Source: Thermoanaerobaculia bacterium
GTDB lineage: Bacteria > Acidobacteriota > Thermoanaerobaculia > Gp7-AA8
DNA length: 64,000 bases
Direction of reading: 5' to 3'
Assembly (NCBI GenBank): GCA_035629395.1
Contig: DASPHZ010000030.1
Span: forward strand, 25,440-89,439
Every line of letters begins with the position of its first letter. Positions within the stretch are counted from its first letter, which is position 1. Both the position numbers and the translations under genes were made by a program. This document shows positions 38,201 through 46,056 of the stretch, one piece after another. The notes beneath the pieces were generated by a model. The model saw only the letters and a program-made list of their open reading frames with translations. It was not told the origin of the DNA and did no database searches.

Positions 38201-41200
38201 CGTGCGCGGACGCGCGAACGCCGCGCTCGTGCAGCTCTTCGCGCCCGATATCCGCGCCGAGGGATACGCGAATCTCTCGATCGGCGTGGATGGGACTTTG
38301 AGCGCGCCGCGCGTCCTCGGATCCGCGGAGCTCGTCGACGCGCAGGTGAAGTTCGCGGGATTCCCGCAACTGATCGACGAGATCAACGGCACGCTGCAAT
38401 TCCGCGGCGACCGCATCGAGATCGAATCGGTGCGGGCAACCCTCGGCGGCGGCACCGTCGTCGCGGGCGGCGCGATCGCGCTCAACGGCACGACCCCGCG
38501 CAGCGCGCGCATCACCCTGCAGGGCAACGACGTCGCGTTGCGTTACTACGAAGGGCTCACGCTCGAAGGCAACTTCACGCTGCTGCTCACGGGCGACATG
38601 GATCGCGGCCTGCTGCAGGGCGACATCGACGTCACCCGCGCGCGCTACTTCCGCGACTTCGACATCCAGCAGGCGCTGCTCAACGTCCTCCTCGCGCGCA
38701 ACCGCGTGACGCCGGTGAGCGCGGCCACGTGGCAGGAGCGCGTCGGCCTGCGCCTGCATCTCTCCGCGCCGGGCACGCTCGCGGTCGAGAACAACATCGC
38801 AGACGTCACCGGCAGCGCGGAGCTCGACGTGAACGGCACGATCGCGGCGCCGGTGATCATCGGCGAGGTCACGCTCGACGAAGGCGGCACCGTCACGATC
38901 CAGAACGTCGACTACCGCGTCGCGCGCGGCACCATCGCGTTCCAGAATCCGTTCCGCATCGATCCCTTCTTCGACGTCACCATCGAAGGCACCGTCTCCG
39001 GCTTCGGGTCGTCGGAGACCGAAGGCGGCCCATACGAAGTGAGCGTGAATCTCACCGGTACGCTCGATCGCCTCACGCCGACGGTCACGAGCGATCCTCC
39101 CGCCAGCGACATCACGCTCTTCTCCATCCTCGGCTTCGGCGCACTCGGAAGCCGCCAGCCCGGACAGCAGGCGAGCGGCGTCGGGTTGCTCGGCCAGTCG
39201 CTGCTCTACCAGAGCCTCAGCTCCTTCATCGGCTCGACGGTCTTCCCGTTCGTCGACTCGTTCGCGTACGACCCGGGCACGCTCGACGCGAGCACCGGCG
39301 CGGGCCCGCGCGTAACGTTTGAAAAGCGGCTCTCGAATCGCGTGCGCTTCCTCGTCGTCTACAACCTCGAAGACCAGCGCAGCCGTCAGGTCATCGAGTG
39401 GCTCGTCAATCCGACGTGGACGCTGCAGCTCACGCGCGACGAGGAAGACGAGTACCGCCTCGACGCGCGCTTCCGCCGCCGCTACGAAGCGCACTGGCAG
39501 TGGGGCGACGACGATCGCGCCACGAACATCGCCACGTCGTCGAGTGTAGGGACAGGCGCGGTGCCCGTCGCCACACCGGCTCCGGCATTGACGCTCGTCA
39601 ACACGCGCGCGGCCGACGACCGCCCCATCGCGCGCATCGATTTCCGCGCCGACGCCGGATTCGACACGAACGCGGTCGCGCAGGAAGTGACGCTCGCGCC
39701 GGGCGAAGTGGTGACCATCCGCGAGCTGCAGTCGTCGATCAAGAATCTCTTCGCCACCGGCAACTTCCGCGACGTACGCGTCGACTCCACGCCCGGACCG
39801 GACGGCGTCGTCCTCACGTTCTCGCTCTTCCTGCATTACCGCATCGGCGCCATCGAAGTCGCGGGCGTCGAACGCGGCGACCGCACGCGCGCGCAGCGCG
39901 AGCTCACCGTGCGCGCGGGCGAAGTGCTCTCCCTCGACGACGTCGACGACAGTGCGTCCGCCATCGAAGAGACGCTGCAACAGCACGGCTATCTCGAGGC
40001 GGTCGTCGATCCCGAGACGAACTTCGACCGCGCGCGCAACGTGGCCGACGTCACGTTCCACGTCACGCCGGGACCGCAGGCCACGATCGCGAGCGTGATC
40101 CTCGAAGGCAACACCGCGCCGTTCACGACGGACGACCTCCTCGAGCGCATGAGCCGCCGCGCGGGACGCACGTTCAGCCTCCCCGACGCGCGCGAGGATG
40201 CGGACCGCATCCAGAACTTCCTCGTGCGCCGCAATCACCGCCGCGCCGACGTCGACTTCCTCGGCCACACCTACGACGAAGCGACGCACGGCGTCACGTT
40301 GCGCTATCGCGTGCAGGTGGGACCCACCGTGCAGGTCGCGGTGAGCGGCGTACCGCGAAGCATGGTCCGCCGCTGGCTGCCGTTCGCGCGCAACCAGGAG
40401 TACAGCGAAGACGTCGTCGAGCGCGCCGCGGACCGCATCACCGAGGGGCTGCAGGAGCGCGGCTACTTCCTCGCGACCGTCGACACCGAGAGCTCGCTCG
40501 AGAACAACGTCTGGACGACGACGTTCCACGTCGATCCGGGTGTGCAGTACCGCCTGCAGGAAGTCCGCTTCAGCGGCAACGCGAAGATCGAGGACGGCGA
40601 GCTCGAAGGCGTCGTGGCCACCAATCCGCGCGGCGGCTTCCGCGGCTTCGTCGCGCGCCTCTTCCGCCGCCCGACCGGCGTCACGCGCACGCAGCTCTCC
40701 GACGACCGCGACTCCGTCGAATCGTTCTATCGCCTGCAGGGCTTCTCGCAGGCGACCGTCGGCGAGCCGATCGCGCAGACGCGCGCCGACCAGACGCTCG
40801 TCGTCGACTTCCCGATCACGGAAGGGCCGCAAACGCTGCTCGCCTCGGTCCGTCTCGAAGGGGTGCAACCGGATCACGTCGACGAGATGCCGAACCTGCA
40901 ACTGCGTCCCGGCGAGCCGCTCAATCCGCAGCTCCTCAACGAAGACGTCATCACGCTGCAGACGTTCTACGCGAACCGCGGCCATGTCGAAGTGCAGGTC
41001 TCGCCGCGCGTCGACACGACGGAGGATCAGACGACGGCGACGCTCGTTTACGTGATCGCGGAAGGGCCGCAGGTGAACGTCGACGAGATCACCGTGCGCG
41101 GCAACACGTACACCGATCGCGACGTCGTGCTGCGCCGGTCGGGCCTGGAGGCGGGACGTCCGTTCAGCTACACGTCGATGCTCGAAGCGCAGCGCGAGCT

Positions 41201-42428
41201 CTATCGCCTCGGCATCTTCCAGCGCGTGGAGGTGCAGCCGACGCAGACCGACACGACGGTCGGCGATCGCGACGTCGTCATCCAGGTCGAGGAAGGCCGC
41301 AACCTCACCGTCACCGGTTCGGTCGGTATCCGCGCCGAGCGCGGCACCAACGTCGGCAGCGGCCTCGAAGTGCACGAGCGGATCGCGGCCGCGGTCGCGC
41401 ATCGCAACCTCTTCGGCACCGGCCGCTACCTCGGCCTCGAAGGCGTCTACAGCCGCGAAGAGCAGGAAGCGTTCATCACGTACCGCGAACCGTTCGTCGG
41501 CCGCTGGAACGTGCCCGTGCAGTTGCAGATCTTCCAGTCCGACGACACGACGCGCGGCGCGACCCAGATCCTGCAGAAGGGACTGTCGGTCGAGGCCTCA
41601 CGCGTGGCGCGCCTGCAGACGCGCTGGTCGCTGCGGTACGAGTACAAGATCTCGACGTGCGAAGGCGGCGAGCTGTGCGACGACATCAAGGACGGCGTGA
41701 TCGTCGAGAACCTCGACCGCTCGCTGCTCGACATCCAGATCTCCTCGATCGCACCGACGTTCTTCTGGGACCGCCGCGACGACATCATCGATCCGCACCG
41801 CGGCTTCTTCGCCAGCGCCTCGGTCGAGTACGCGTTCCCGCTGTTCTCCGCCTCGGCCGGATTCACGAAGGAGTTTGTGCAGGGCGCGTATTACATCCCG
41901 CTCACCGAGCGCACGGTGATCGCGCTGTCGGGACGGGCCGGTTTCATCCAGCGTTACGCGAAGCGCTTCGACGAAGACCTCGGACGCGACGTGCTGCGCG
42001 ACACGCCGCTGTCGGAGCGCTTCACCGCCGGCGGCGAGACGACGCATCGCGCGTTCGCGCTGGATCGCCTCGGCGATCCGTGCATGGAGAGGAAGGACGC
42101 GCCGGTCGACGAGACGTGCTCGCGCACGCTGCGCTACGACCCCGACACGGGACGCATCCAGCCGCTCGGCGGCAACGCGCTGCTGCTGTTCAACGCGGAG
42201 TACCGCTTCCCGATCTTCGGCACGCTCGGCGGCGCGGCGTTCGTCGACATCGGCAACGTCTTCCCCGACAGCACGGTGCGCTTCAACGAGCTCCGTTACG
42301 GAGGCGGCCTCGGACTGCGCTACCTCTCGCCAGTAGGTCCGCTGCGGTTCGACGTGGCGATGCCGTACCGGCGCAGATGGTACGAGGACCGCGTGCAGTT
42401 CTTCTTCTCCCTCGGATACGCGTTCTGA
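35217..42428 (+). CDS. Giant fusion protein: TamB/AsmA-like (N-terminal TM anchor through DUF490-like C-terminal region, about aa 1-1420) fused to POTRA repeats plus Omp85/BamA-TamA-type beta-barrel (about aa 1460-2403)
   Basis: Single uninterrupted ORF with coherent GC3 throughout. N-terminal TM (LIWVFGVGFLVLLIGIG) and long beta-rich AsmA/TamB-like region ending in a DUF490-like segment (...VNLTGTLDRLTPTVTSDPPASDITLFSILGFG...VTFEKRLSNRVRFLVVYNLED...WTLQLTRDEEDEYRLDARFRRRYE). Linker, POTRA-like modules (IARIDFRADAGFDTNAVAQEVTLAPGEVVTIRELQSSIKNLFATGNFRDVRVD...), and Omp85 barrel ending ...GGNALLLFNAEYRFPIFGTLGGAAFVDIGNVF...LRYLSPVGPLRFDVAMPY...FFFSLGYAF. Confidence 0.75.
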   Translation: MNVSDPADPLLPAPRRGRRRTARERQRKGPMFGCIKGLIWVFGVGFLVLLIGIGTGWFLLGSTNFADYVRKRIETTLETRLGREVTIGKVIFVRTRPQKIILQNLRIANAPGGAAPQFALVREVELTGGIQSFWGRAVQIDRIDIRDPQVWFELLPNGEHNFPKWKTGPKRRFEIVRVDFRHLFIRGGAFSFNDRKHEIVAVAQKIASDITVTRAEGLYAGLMTSPNVRVSIQDYQPFDVTMRGGFRYTPGVLALQSIALEGRGIQAFLTGKLDPLTEAVYDLGLRARLDLPRVKEIFAVEPVLEGTIALDTRLKGKAGDFTLAGGWTAPKLVADAYELANARGTLSVTADNLTMDVQRAEYGGGTIGANYVLAKYAEPYPMRVDLRYYGISIEQLFSDWGVEGTGLRAAATGNLEYRWNKEKILEGAGEGTARLAKNAVAFSNARYPIGVTGSTDFALNNGVVTFRRAELDTDASHISLTGNLKIEDVVTDLRMAIRSTDFAELDRLAFNFAQSAGKNDFELLGFGGAGTITGTVKGPIETPQVVAQVNGSQVRYSEVLLGDADIALRYDGNRSTLTFDRAIFVDAGGRLTLTGTIEFPDRGPGPVFDIAVEANGYPAQRAIDAVGLDLKIGPGLATGRMVVAGTPEQGRATFAGLTVRRNDATLALNGTINWLPGEGNVAFDLDIAATNFPVADIAAFLDFADIPITGDLTGTLKIAGRKESLEGSGRVTIARGAVMGEPVDLASADIVFSEGRMRATNVLVRAAAGEVRGEAEIDLANERFSYTISSAALDLSRLQLLQGMQDLFGGRLVLRSTGAGTFEQPELVIEATLEEGTLRGLTLPAGSAPPSLYLAIRNGRLIIRGSVADIVSIEGEGLVGENLAVDGNVRIVIADIAGAMAMAPATASFPASGNMTIDVRLGGRLTPIEALVAEVTAPVFNLRFADHELTPAEPLRISLRNGRLSFDSFVVRRPDSEFAVTGFAEITGNKQLDVDVRGRANAALVQLFAPDIRAEGYANLSIGVDGTLSAPRVLGSAELVDAQVKFAGFPQLIDEINGTLQFRGDRIEIESVRATLGGGTVVAGGAIALNGTTPRSARITLQGNDVALRYYEGLTLEGNFTLLLTGDMDRGLLQGDIDVTRARYFRDFDIQQALLNVLLARNRVTPVSAATWQERVGLRLHLSAPGTLAVENNIADVTGSAELDVNGTIAAPVIIGEVTLDEGGTVTIQNVDYRVARGTIAFQNPFRIDPFFDVTIEGTVSGFGSSETEGGPYEVSVNLTGTLDRLTPTVTSDPPASDITLFSILGFGALGSRQPGQQASGVGLLGQSLLYQSLSSFIGSTVFPFVDSFAYDPGTLDASTGAGPRVTFEKRLSNRVRFLVVYNLEDQRSRQVIEWLVNPTWTLQLTRDEEDEYRLDARFRRRYEAHWQWGDDDRATNIATSSSVGTGAVPVATPAPALTLVNTRAADDRPIARIDFRADAGFDTNAVAQEVTLAPGEVVTIRELQSSIKNLFATGNFRDVRVDSTPGPDGVVLTFSLFLHYRIGAIEVAGVERGDRTRAQRELTVRAGEVLSLDDVDDSASAIEETLQQHGYLEAVVDPETNFDRARNVADVTFHVTPGPQATIASVILEGNTAPFTTDDLLERMSRRAGRTFSLPDAREDADRIQNFLVRRNHRRADVDFLGHTYDEATHGVTLRYRVQVGPTVQVAVSGVPRSMVRRWLPFARNQEYSEDVVERAADRITEGLQERGYFLATVDTESSLENNVWTTTFHVDPGVQYRLQEVRFSGNAKIEDGELEGVVATNPRGGFRGFVARLFRRPTGVTRTQLSDDRDSVESFYRLQGFSQATVGEPIAQTRADQTLVVDFPITEGPQTLLASVRLEGVQPDHVDEMPNLQLRPGEPLNPQLLNEDVITLQTFYANRGHVEVQVSPRVDTTEDQTTATLVYVIAEGPQVNVDEITVRGNTYTDRDVVLRRSGLEAGRPFSYTSMLEAQRELYRLGIFQRVEVQPTQTDTTVGDRDVVIQVEEGRNLTVTGSVGIRAERGTNVGSGLEVHERIAAAVAHRNLFGTGRYLGLEGVYSREEQEAFITYREPFVGRWNVPVQLQIFQSDDTTRGATQILQKGLSVEASRVARLQTRWSLRYEYKISTCEGGELCDDIKDGVIVENLDRSLLDIQISSIAPTFFWDRRDDIIDPHRGFFASASVEYAFPLFSASAGFTKEFVQGAYYIPLTERTVIALSGRAGFIQRYAKRFDEDLGRDVLRDTPLSERFTAGGETTHRAFALDRLGDPCMERKDAPVDETCSRTLRYDPDTGRIQPLGGNALLLFNAEYRFPIFGTLGGAAFVDIGNVFPDSTVRFNELRYGGGLGLRYLSPVGPLRFDVAMPYRRRWYEDRVQFFFSLGYAF

Positions 42429-42448
42429 GGCGCCTGCGGTGCGGAGCT

Positions 42449-42681
42449 GGTTACTGGTGCGATGTCGGTTGCTGGCGCGTTGCTGGTTGTTGGTTGCTTG
42501 TCAGTCCGCGACGTAGCGCCCAGCCGATGCCTGATACACGCTCCAGCGCCTGCGGCGCGTTGTCCGTCGCCCGCAATGCCAAGCGTGTCGCCCAGGCGCT
42601 GCCTCACAAGCAACCAGGAACCAGCAACCAGCAACTGAAGCGGCCCGCGCGCGCAACCAGCAACGGCCGCGGAACCGCGGC
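42449..42681. repeat. Long hairpin repeat element, (GGTTGCT)n-type left arm / (AGCAACC)n right arm with about 130-nt loop, between convergent genes
   Basis: ggttactggtgcgatgtcggttgctggcgcgttgctggttgttggttgcttg ... caagcaaccaggaaccagcaaccagcaac ... gcaaccagcaacggccgcggaaccgcggcc. Confidence 0.75.
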
Positions 42682-42924
42682 CTAAAAACTCGTCTCGAGC
42701 GAATCCGCCGCGGCCTGTGCGCGCTCCTGCTCGATGCGTGCGAGGCGGGTGCGCAGCTCGGTGATCTCGTGCTGCATCTTCGTGAAGTCTTCCTTCACGG
42801 CTTCGCGCGCGATCTCCTGGAGACGCGATGTGAGCTTCCCGAGCTGATCGGACTGGAACTGCGTGAGGCGGCTCAGCGGCTCGCCGAAGACGTCTTTCAG
42901 AAGCGATTCGAAATCCTGCGCCAT
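42682..42924 (-). CDS. Small coiled-coil protein (possibly UbiK/YqiC-like), hypothetical
   Basis: MAQDFESLLKDVFGEPLSRL...ITELRTRLARIEQE; resemblance to the UbiK family is weak. Confidence 0.4.
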   Translation of the reverse strand: MAQDFESLLKDVFGEPLSRLTQFQSDQLGKLTSRLQEIAREAVKEDFTKMQHEITELRTRLARIEQERAQAAADSLETSF

Positions 42925-42958
42925 GGCGAAAAGGGTGTGCGAGAATCGGGCCCGTCCC

Positions 42959-43276
42959 ATGGAAATCCGTTCGTTCGCCGAGTTCTGGCCGCACTACGTC
43001 CGGGCCCATTCGCGGCGGCGTACGCGCGTGCTGCACGCGATCGGATCCACGCTCGCGCTTGCCGCCATCGTCGCCTCGATTTTCGTCAGCCCGTGGTTCC
43101 TCCTCGCGGCACCGCTCATCGGCTACTCGTTCGCGTGGTACGGACACTTCTTCGTCGAGCACAACAAGCCGGCGACGTTCGGCCACCCGTTCTATTCGCT
43201 GGCCGCGGATTACGTCATGGTGTGGAAGATGATCACCGGCCGCATGGGCGCCGAAGTCGCCAAACACGTGCGCTGA
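42959..43276 (+). CDS. DUF962 (Mpo1-like) membrane protein
   Basis: FAEFWPHYVRAH...YGHFFVEHNKPATFGHPFYSL is a DUF962 signature. Confidence 0.65.
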   Translation: MEIRSFAEFWPHYVRAHSRRRTRVLHAIGSTLALAAIVASIFVSPWFLLAAPLIGYSFAWYGHFFVEHNKPATFGHPFYSLAADYVMVWKMITGRMGAEVAKHVR

Positions 43277-43289
43277 TATCATCCGGCGC

Positions 43290-44063
43290 ATGGCATTTCT
43301 CGAAGGGCAGACCGGCATCGTCTTCGGCGTGGCGAACAAGCGCTCGATCGCGTGGGCGATCGCGCAGGCGCTCGCACGCGAGGGGATGCGCCTCGCGTTC
43401 ACGTATCAGGGCGAGCGCCTGAAAGACAACGTCGCCGACCTCGCGAATGCGATCCCGAACTCGATCGTCCTTCCCTGCGACGTCACCATCGATGCGGAGA
43501 TCGACGCCGTCTACGAGTCCGTCGAGAAAGAGTTCGGCAGACTCGACGCCGTGCTGCACTCGGTGGCGTTCGCGCCGAAGGAAGAGCTCGAGCGCGATTT
43601 CATCCACACCTCGCGCGACGGTTTCAAGCTCGCACACGACATCTCCGCGTACTCCCTCGTGGCGGTGACGCGCGGCGCGGTGCCGCTGCTCGAGAAAAAC
43701 GGCGGCGGCTCCGTGCTCACGCTCACGTATCACGGCGCGGTGAAAGCGGTCGAAGGCTACAACGTCATGGGCGTCGCGAAGGCCTCGCTCGAATCGACCA
43801 TGCGCTATCTCGCCGCGAACCTCGGGCCGAAGAACATCCGCGTGAATGCGCTCTCCGCGGGTCCGGTGAACACGCTCGCCGCGCGCGGCATCAAAGGCTT
43901 CACGACGATGCTCAAGCATCACGCGGAGAAAGCGCCGCTGCGCCGCAACGTGGAGCTCGACGAAGTCGGCAACGCCGGCATGTTCCTCCTCTCGCCATGG
44001 GCCTCGGGGATCACCGGCGAAGTGACGTACGTCGACTGCGGCTACAACATCGTCGGGTTGTAG
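43290..44063 (+). CDS. fabI: Enoyl-[acyl-carrier-protein] reductase (NADH), FabI
   Basis: GVANKRSIAW...Y..(6)K catalytic dyad region, typical FabI length. Confidence 0.9.
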   Translation: MAFLEGQTGIVFGVANKRSIAWAIAQALAREGMRLAFTYQGERLKDNVADLANAIPNSIVLPCDVTIDAEIDAVYESVEKEFGRLDAVLHSVAFAPKEELERDFIHTSRDGFKLAHDISAYSLVAVTRGAVPLLEKNGGGSVLTLTYHGAVKAVEGYNVMGVAKASLESTMRYLAANLGPKNIRVNALSAGPVNTLAARGIKGFTTMLKHHAEKAPLRRNVELDEVGNAGMFLLSPWASGITGEVTYVDCGYNIVGL

Positions 44064-44386
44064 TCAGCGGAACGGCTCGAGCCGCTCCGCGCAGCGTCTC
44101 ATCCCGCTTTCGGGCCCTGCTTCCGCGCCGGGTCGTCCGGCGGAAATTCGATGTCCGTCCGGATCCCCGTGCGGTCCGGCTTGCGCGTGCCGGGGAAGCC
44201 GCTGGGACGCCCCGCCGACTCACCGTTGCTGCTGTGTCCCGGGGCGCCGCCGTCCCAGAATCCCTTGTTCTTTACATGCTCTCGTGGATTTCCCGCCATG
44301 CTTTCACCTCAACCGTAACTTACTGAATTTCCAGCAGCTTTGGCACCATCATCGCAACTACAAATAACCAAGAAGGAGGATCTTGA

Positions 44387-44674
44387 ATGGTTGACAACGT
44401 GAATCCTACCAGTCAGTTCCACCCGTACACGCCGGAGACTTCGGTCCCGCAGACGGGGAATACCAACGTCGGCGGTGGCAGCGGTCTCTCGGGCATCCTG
44501 AGCAAAGTCGGCCTCGATCAGAGCAAGATCGGTGCGCTGGGCGGCTCGCTGAAGAACATGGATCTGTCGAAGGCGCGCGGCATGGCGCAGAACAACGGCG
44601 GCCTCGTTCTCGGCGGTCTCGCGGCGCTCGCCATCGGCGTCGGCCTGATGCGCAGACGCGGCATGTCGAGGTAA
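44387..44674 (+). CDS. Small Gly-rich protein with C-terminal hydrophobic anchor plus basic tail; own AT-rich promoter region, strong RBS and terminator
   Basis: AAGGAGGA 8 nt upstream of ATG; unusually AT-rich 44290-44386; C-terminus GGLVLGGLAALAIGVGLMRRRGMSR. Confidence 0.5.
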   Translation: MVDNVNPTSQFHPYTPETSVPQTGNTNVGGGSGLSGILSKVGLDQSKIGALGGSLKNMDLSKARGMAQNNGGLVLGGLAALAIGVGLMRRRGMSR

Positions 44675-44689
44675 CGTTTTTTCGTTCGA

Positions 44690-44720
44690 GGTGCGGCCGT
44701 TCCCGGCCGCACCTTTCTTT
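44690..44720 (+). terminator. Rho-independent terminator
   Basis: ggtgcggccg-ttcc-cggccgcacc followed by tttcttt. Confidence 0.8.
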
Positions 44721-45151
44721 CAGTTCGAGTGCATCGTGAAATCGATGTACACCGTGCCGTCGTCCTCGACGCGGCCGATCACCGTCACGGTCGACGTCAC
44801 CTTCACCACCCCTTTGCTCTCCCCTTCGCCGACGAGGCGAAAGTTCTTGCCGGGCTTCATGAGCTGGCCGCGCATGATGCCGTGCTCATCCTCGACCGTC
44901 AGCGTGGGCATCGACGCCGGACCCAGCGTCGCAATCGAGTACGCCGAGCGTTCCGCCGCGTTTTCCGCGAGCGTCCAGGCGATGACGCGGGCGCGGAATC
45001 GCCGCGCTTCCGCGAGATCGCGTGAAGCGTCGACGAGCAGCAACTGGATCATGCCGAAATAGAGCACGGCCAGGATGATCGCGATCGCCAGCGCGAATCC
45101 GCGCTGACCGTTAGTCCGTCGCGCGCGGCTGATAAATCTGATCGATCGCAA
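44720..45151 (-). CDS. Pseudopilin-like protein with degenerate prepilin leader
   Basis: N-terminus ...NGQRGFALAIAIILAVLYFGMIQ, prepilin-like but lacking Glu+5. Confidence 0.4.
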   Translation of the reverse strand: MRSIRFISRARRTNGQRGFALAIAIILAVLYFGMIQLLLVDASRDLAEARRFRARVIAWTLAENAAERSAYSIATLGPASMPTLTVEDEHGIMRGQLMKPGKNFRLVGEGESKGVVKVTSTVTVIGRVEDDGTVYIDFTMHSN

Positions 45152-45617
45152 TTCGTCCTTCCCCGTCGCGCGCGAGAATGCGCGTCGCCCAGCCGCTCGT
45201 CGAGCCGGTCTTCAAGGCACTGATCTCGACATTCGCCAGATCCTTCGGCAACCCTCGCGCGACCCACTCGCGCTTTTTCCCCACGTCGTACGAGATGCGG
45301 CGCGCTTCGCCCGGCTCGCGAAAGTCCCACACGATGACGTGCACTTCGCCGTTCGGCTGAACCGACTCCACGATCAGCACCTGCTGCGACGACGTGTAGA
45401 CGTCGTGCGTGCGCTCGTACGGGGCCCTGCTGTTCGCGTCGAGCACGTCGCGACGCAGACGCGCCAGCACCGCCATCAGCGATGGATGTTTGTGCATGCT
45501 CACCGGCAGACGCTTGTCCCAGCCGCGCATCTCCGCGGTGAGGATGAAGAAGACGGCGAGGAACAGCGCGAAGACGGCCATCGCGACCATCACTTCCATC
45601 AACGTGTAACCGCGCAT
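45111..45617 (-). CDS. Prepilin-type N-terminal cleavage/methylation domain protein (type II secretion / type IV pilus minor pseudopilin)
   Basis: MRGYTLMEVMVAMAVFALFL (G|YTLMEV motif). Start at ATG 45617; the ORF-track upstream extension is rejected. Confidence 0.7.
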   Translation of the reverse strand: MRGYTLMEVMVAMAVFALFLAVFFILTAEMRGWDKRLPVSMHKHPSLMAVLARLRRDVLDANSRAPYERTHDVYTSSQQVLIVESVQPNGEVHVIVWDFREPGEARRISYDVGKKREWVARGLPKDLANVEISALKTGSTSGWATRILARDGEGRIAIDQIYQPRATD

Positions 45618-45628
45618 GCGGCGGCGCG

Positions 45629-46021
45629 TCACCACAGGTTCGTGCCTCCCGTGTCGACGCGCACGAGCGCGAGCGTGGCCTCGCGCTTTCCTTCGTGCCA
45701 GCGCACCGTCAGCGTCACGTGCTTGACGCCGGGCTCTTTGTGATCGACGCGCACCGCCGTTCCGTACGGCGCGAGCGGCGCGAGGATTTCCGTGTCGGTG
45801 ATGAAGCTCTTCTTGCTCGTGTCGAGCTGATCGAACTCGATGCGGCGCCGGAACTCTGCTTCGTTCGCCAGCGCCTGATAGGCGAGCACGAGCTCCGACG
45901 CCTGGCGCAGACGATTGTTGCGCTCGAGAAACGCGAGCAGCGAAGTCGTCAGCACGATCGTGAGGATCAGAAACGCGGCGAGCACTTCCGCCAGCGAGAA
46001 TCCCCGTTCGGAGCGGCGCAT
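45629..46021 (-). CDS. Prepilin-type N-terminal cleavage/methylation domain protein (pseudopilin)
   Basis: MRRSERGFSLAEVLAAFLILTIVL (G|FSLAEV). Confidence 0.7.
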   Translation of the reverse strand: MRRSERGFSLAEVLAAFLILTIVLTTSLLAFLERNNRLRQASELVLAYQALANEAEFRRRIEFDQLDTSKKSFITDTEILAPLAPYGTAVRVDHKEPGVKHVTLTVRWHEGKREATLALVRVDTGGTNLW

Positions 46022-46056
46022 GGCGGACCATTGTAGTTTGCTAGACTCCGCGCCCG

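Noticed and set aside
39398-42685. 1095-aa ORF in an alternative + frame inside the TamB-Omp85 gene
   Set aside because: Arg/Ala/Pro-rich, no motifs; the 35217-42428 frame has coherent domain content and GC3 bias.
44099-44299. 66-aa ORF on - strand between fabI and the Gly-rich gene
   Set aside because: Low-complexity Gly/Pro/Arg-rich product, no RBS; the region is better explained as the 3' UTR and promoter spacer.
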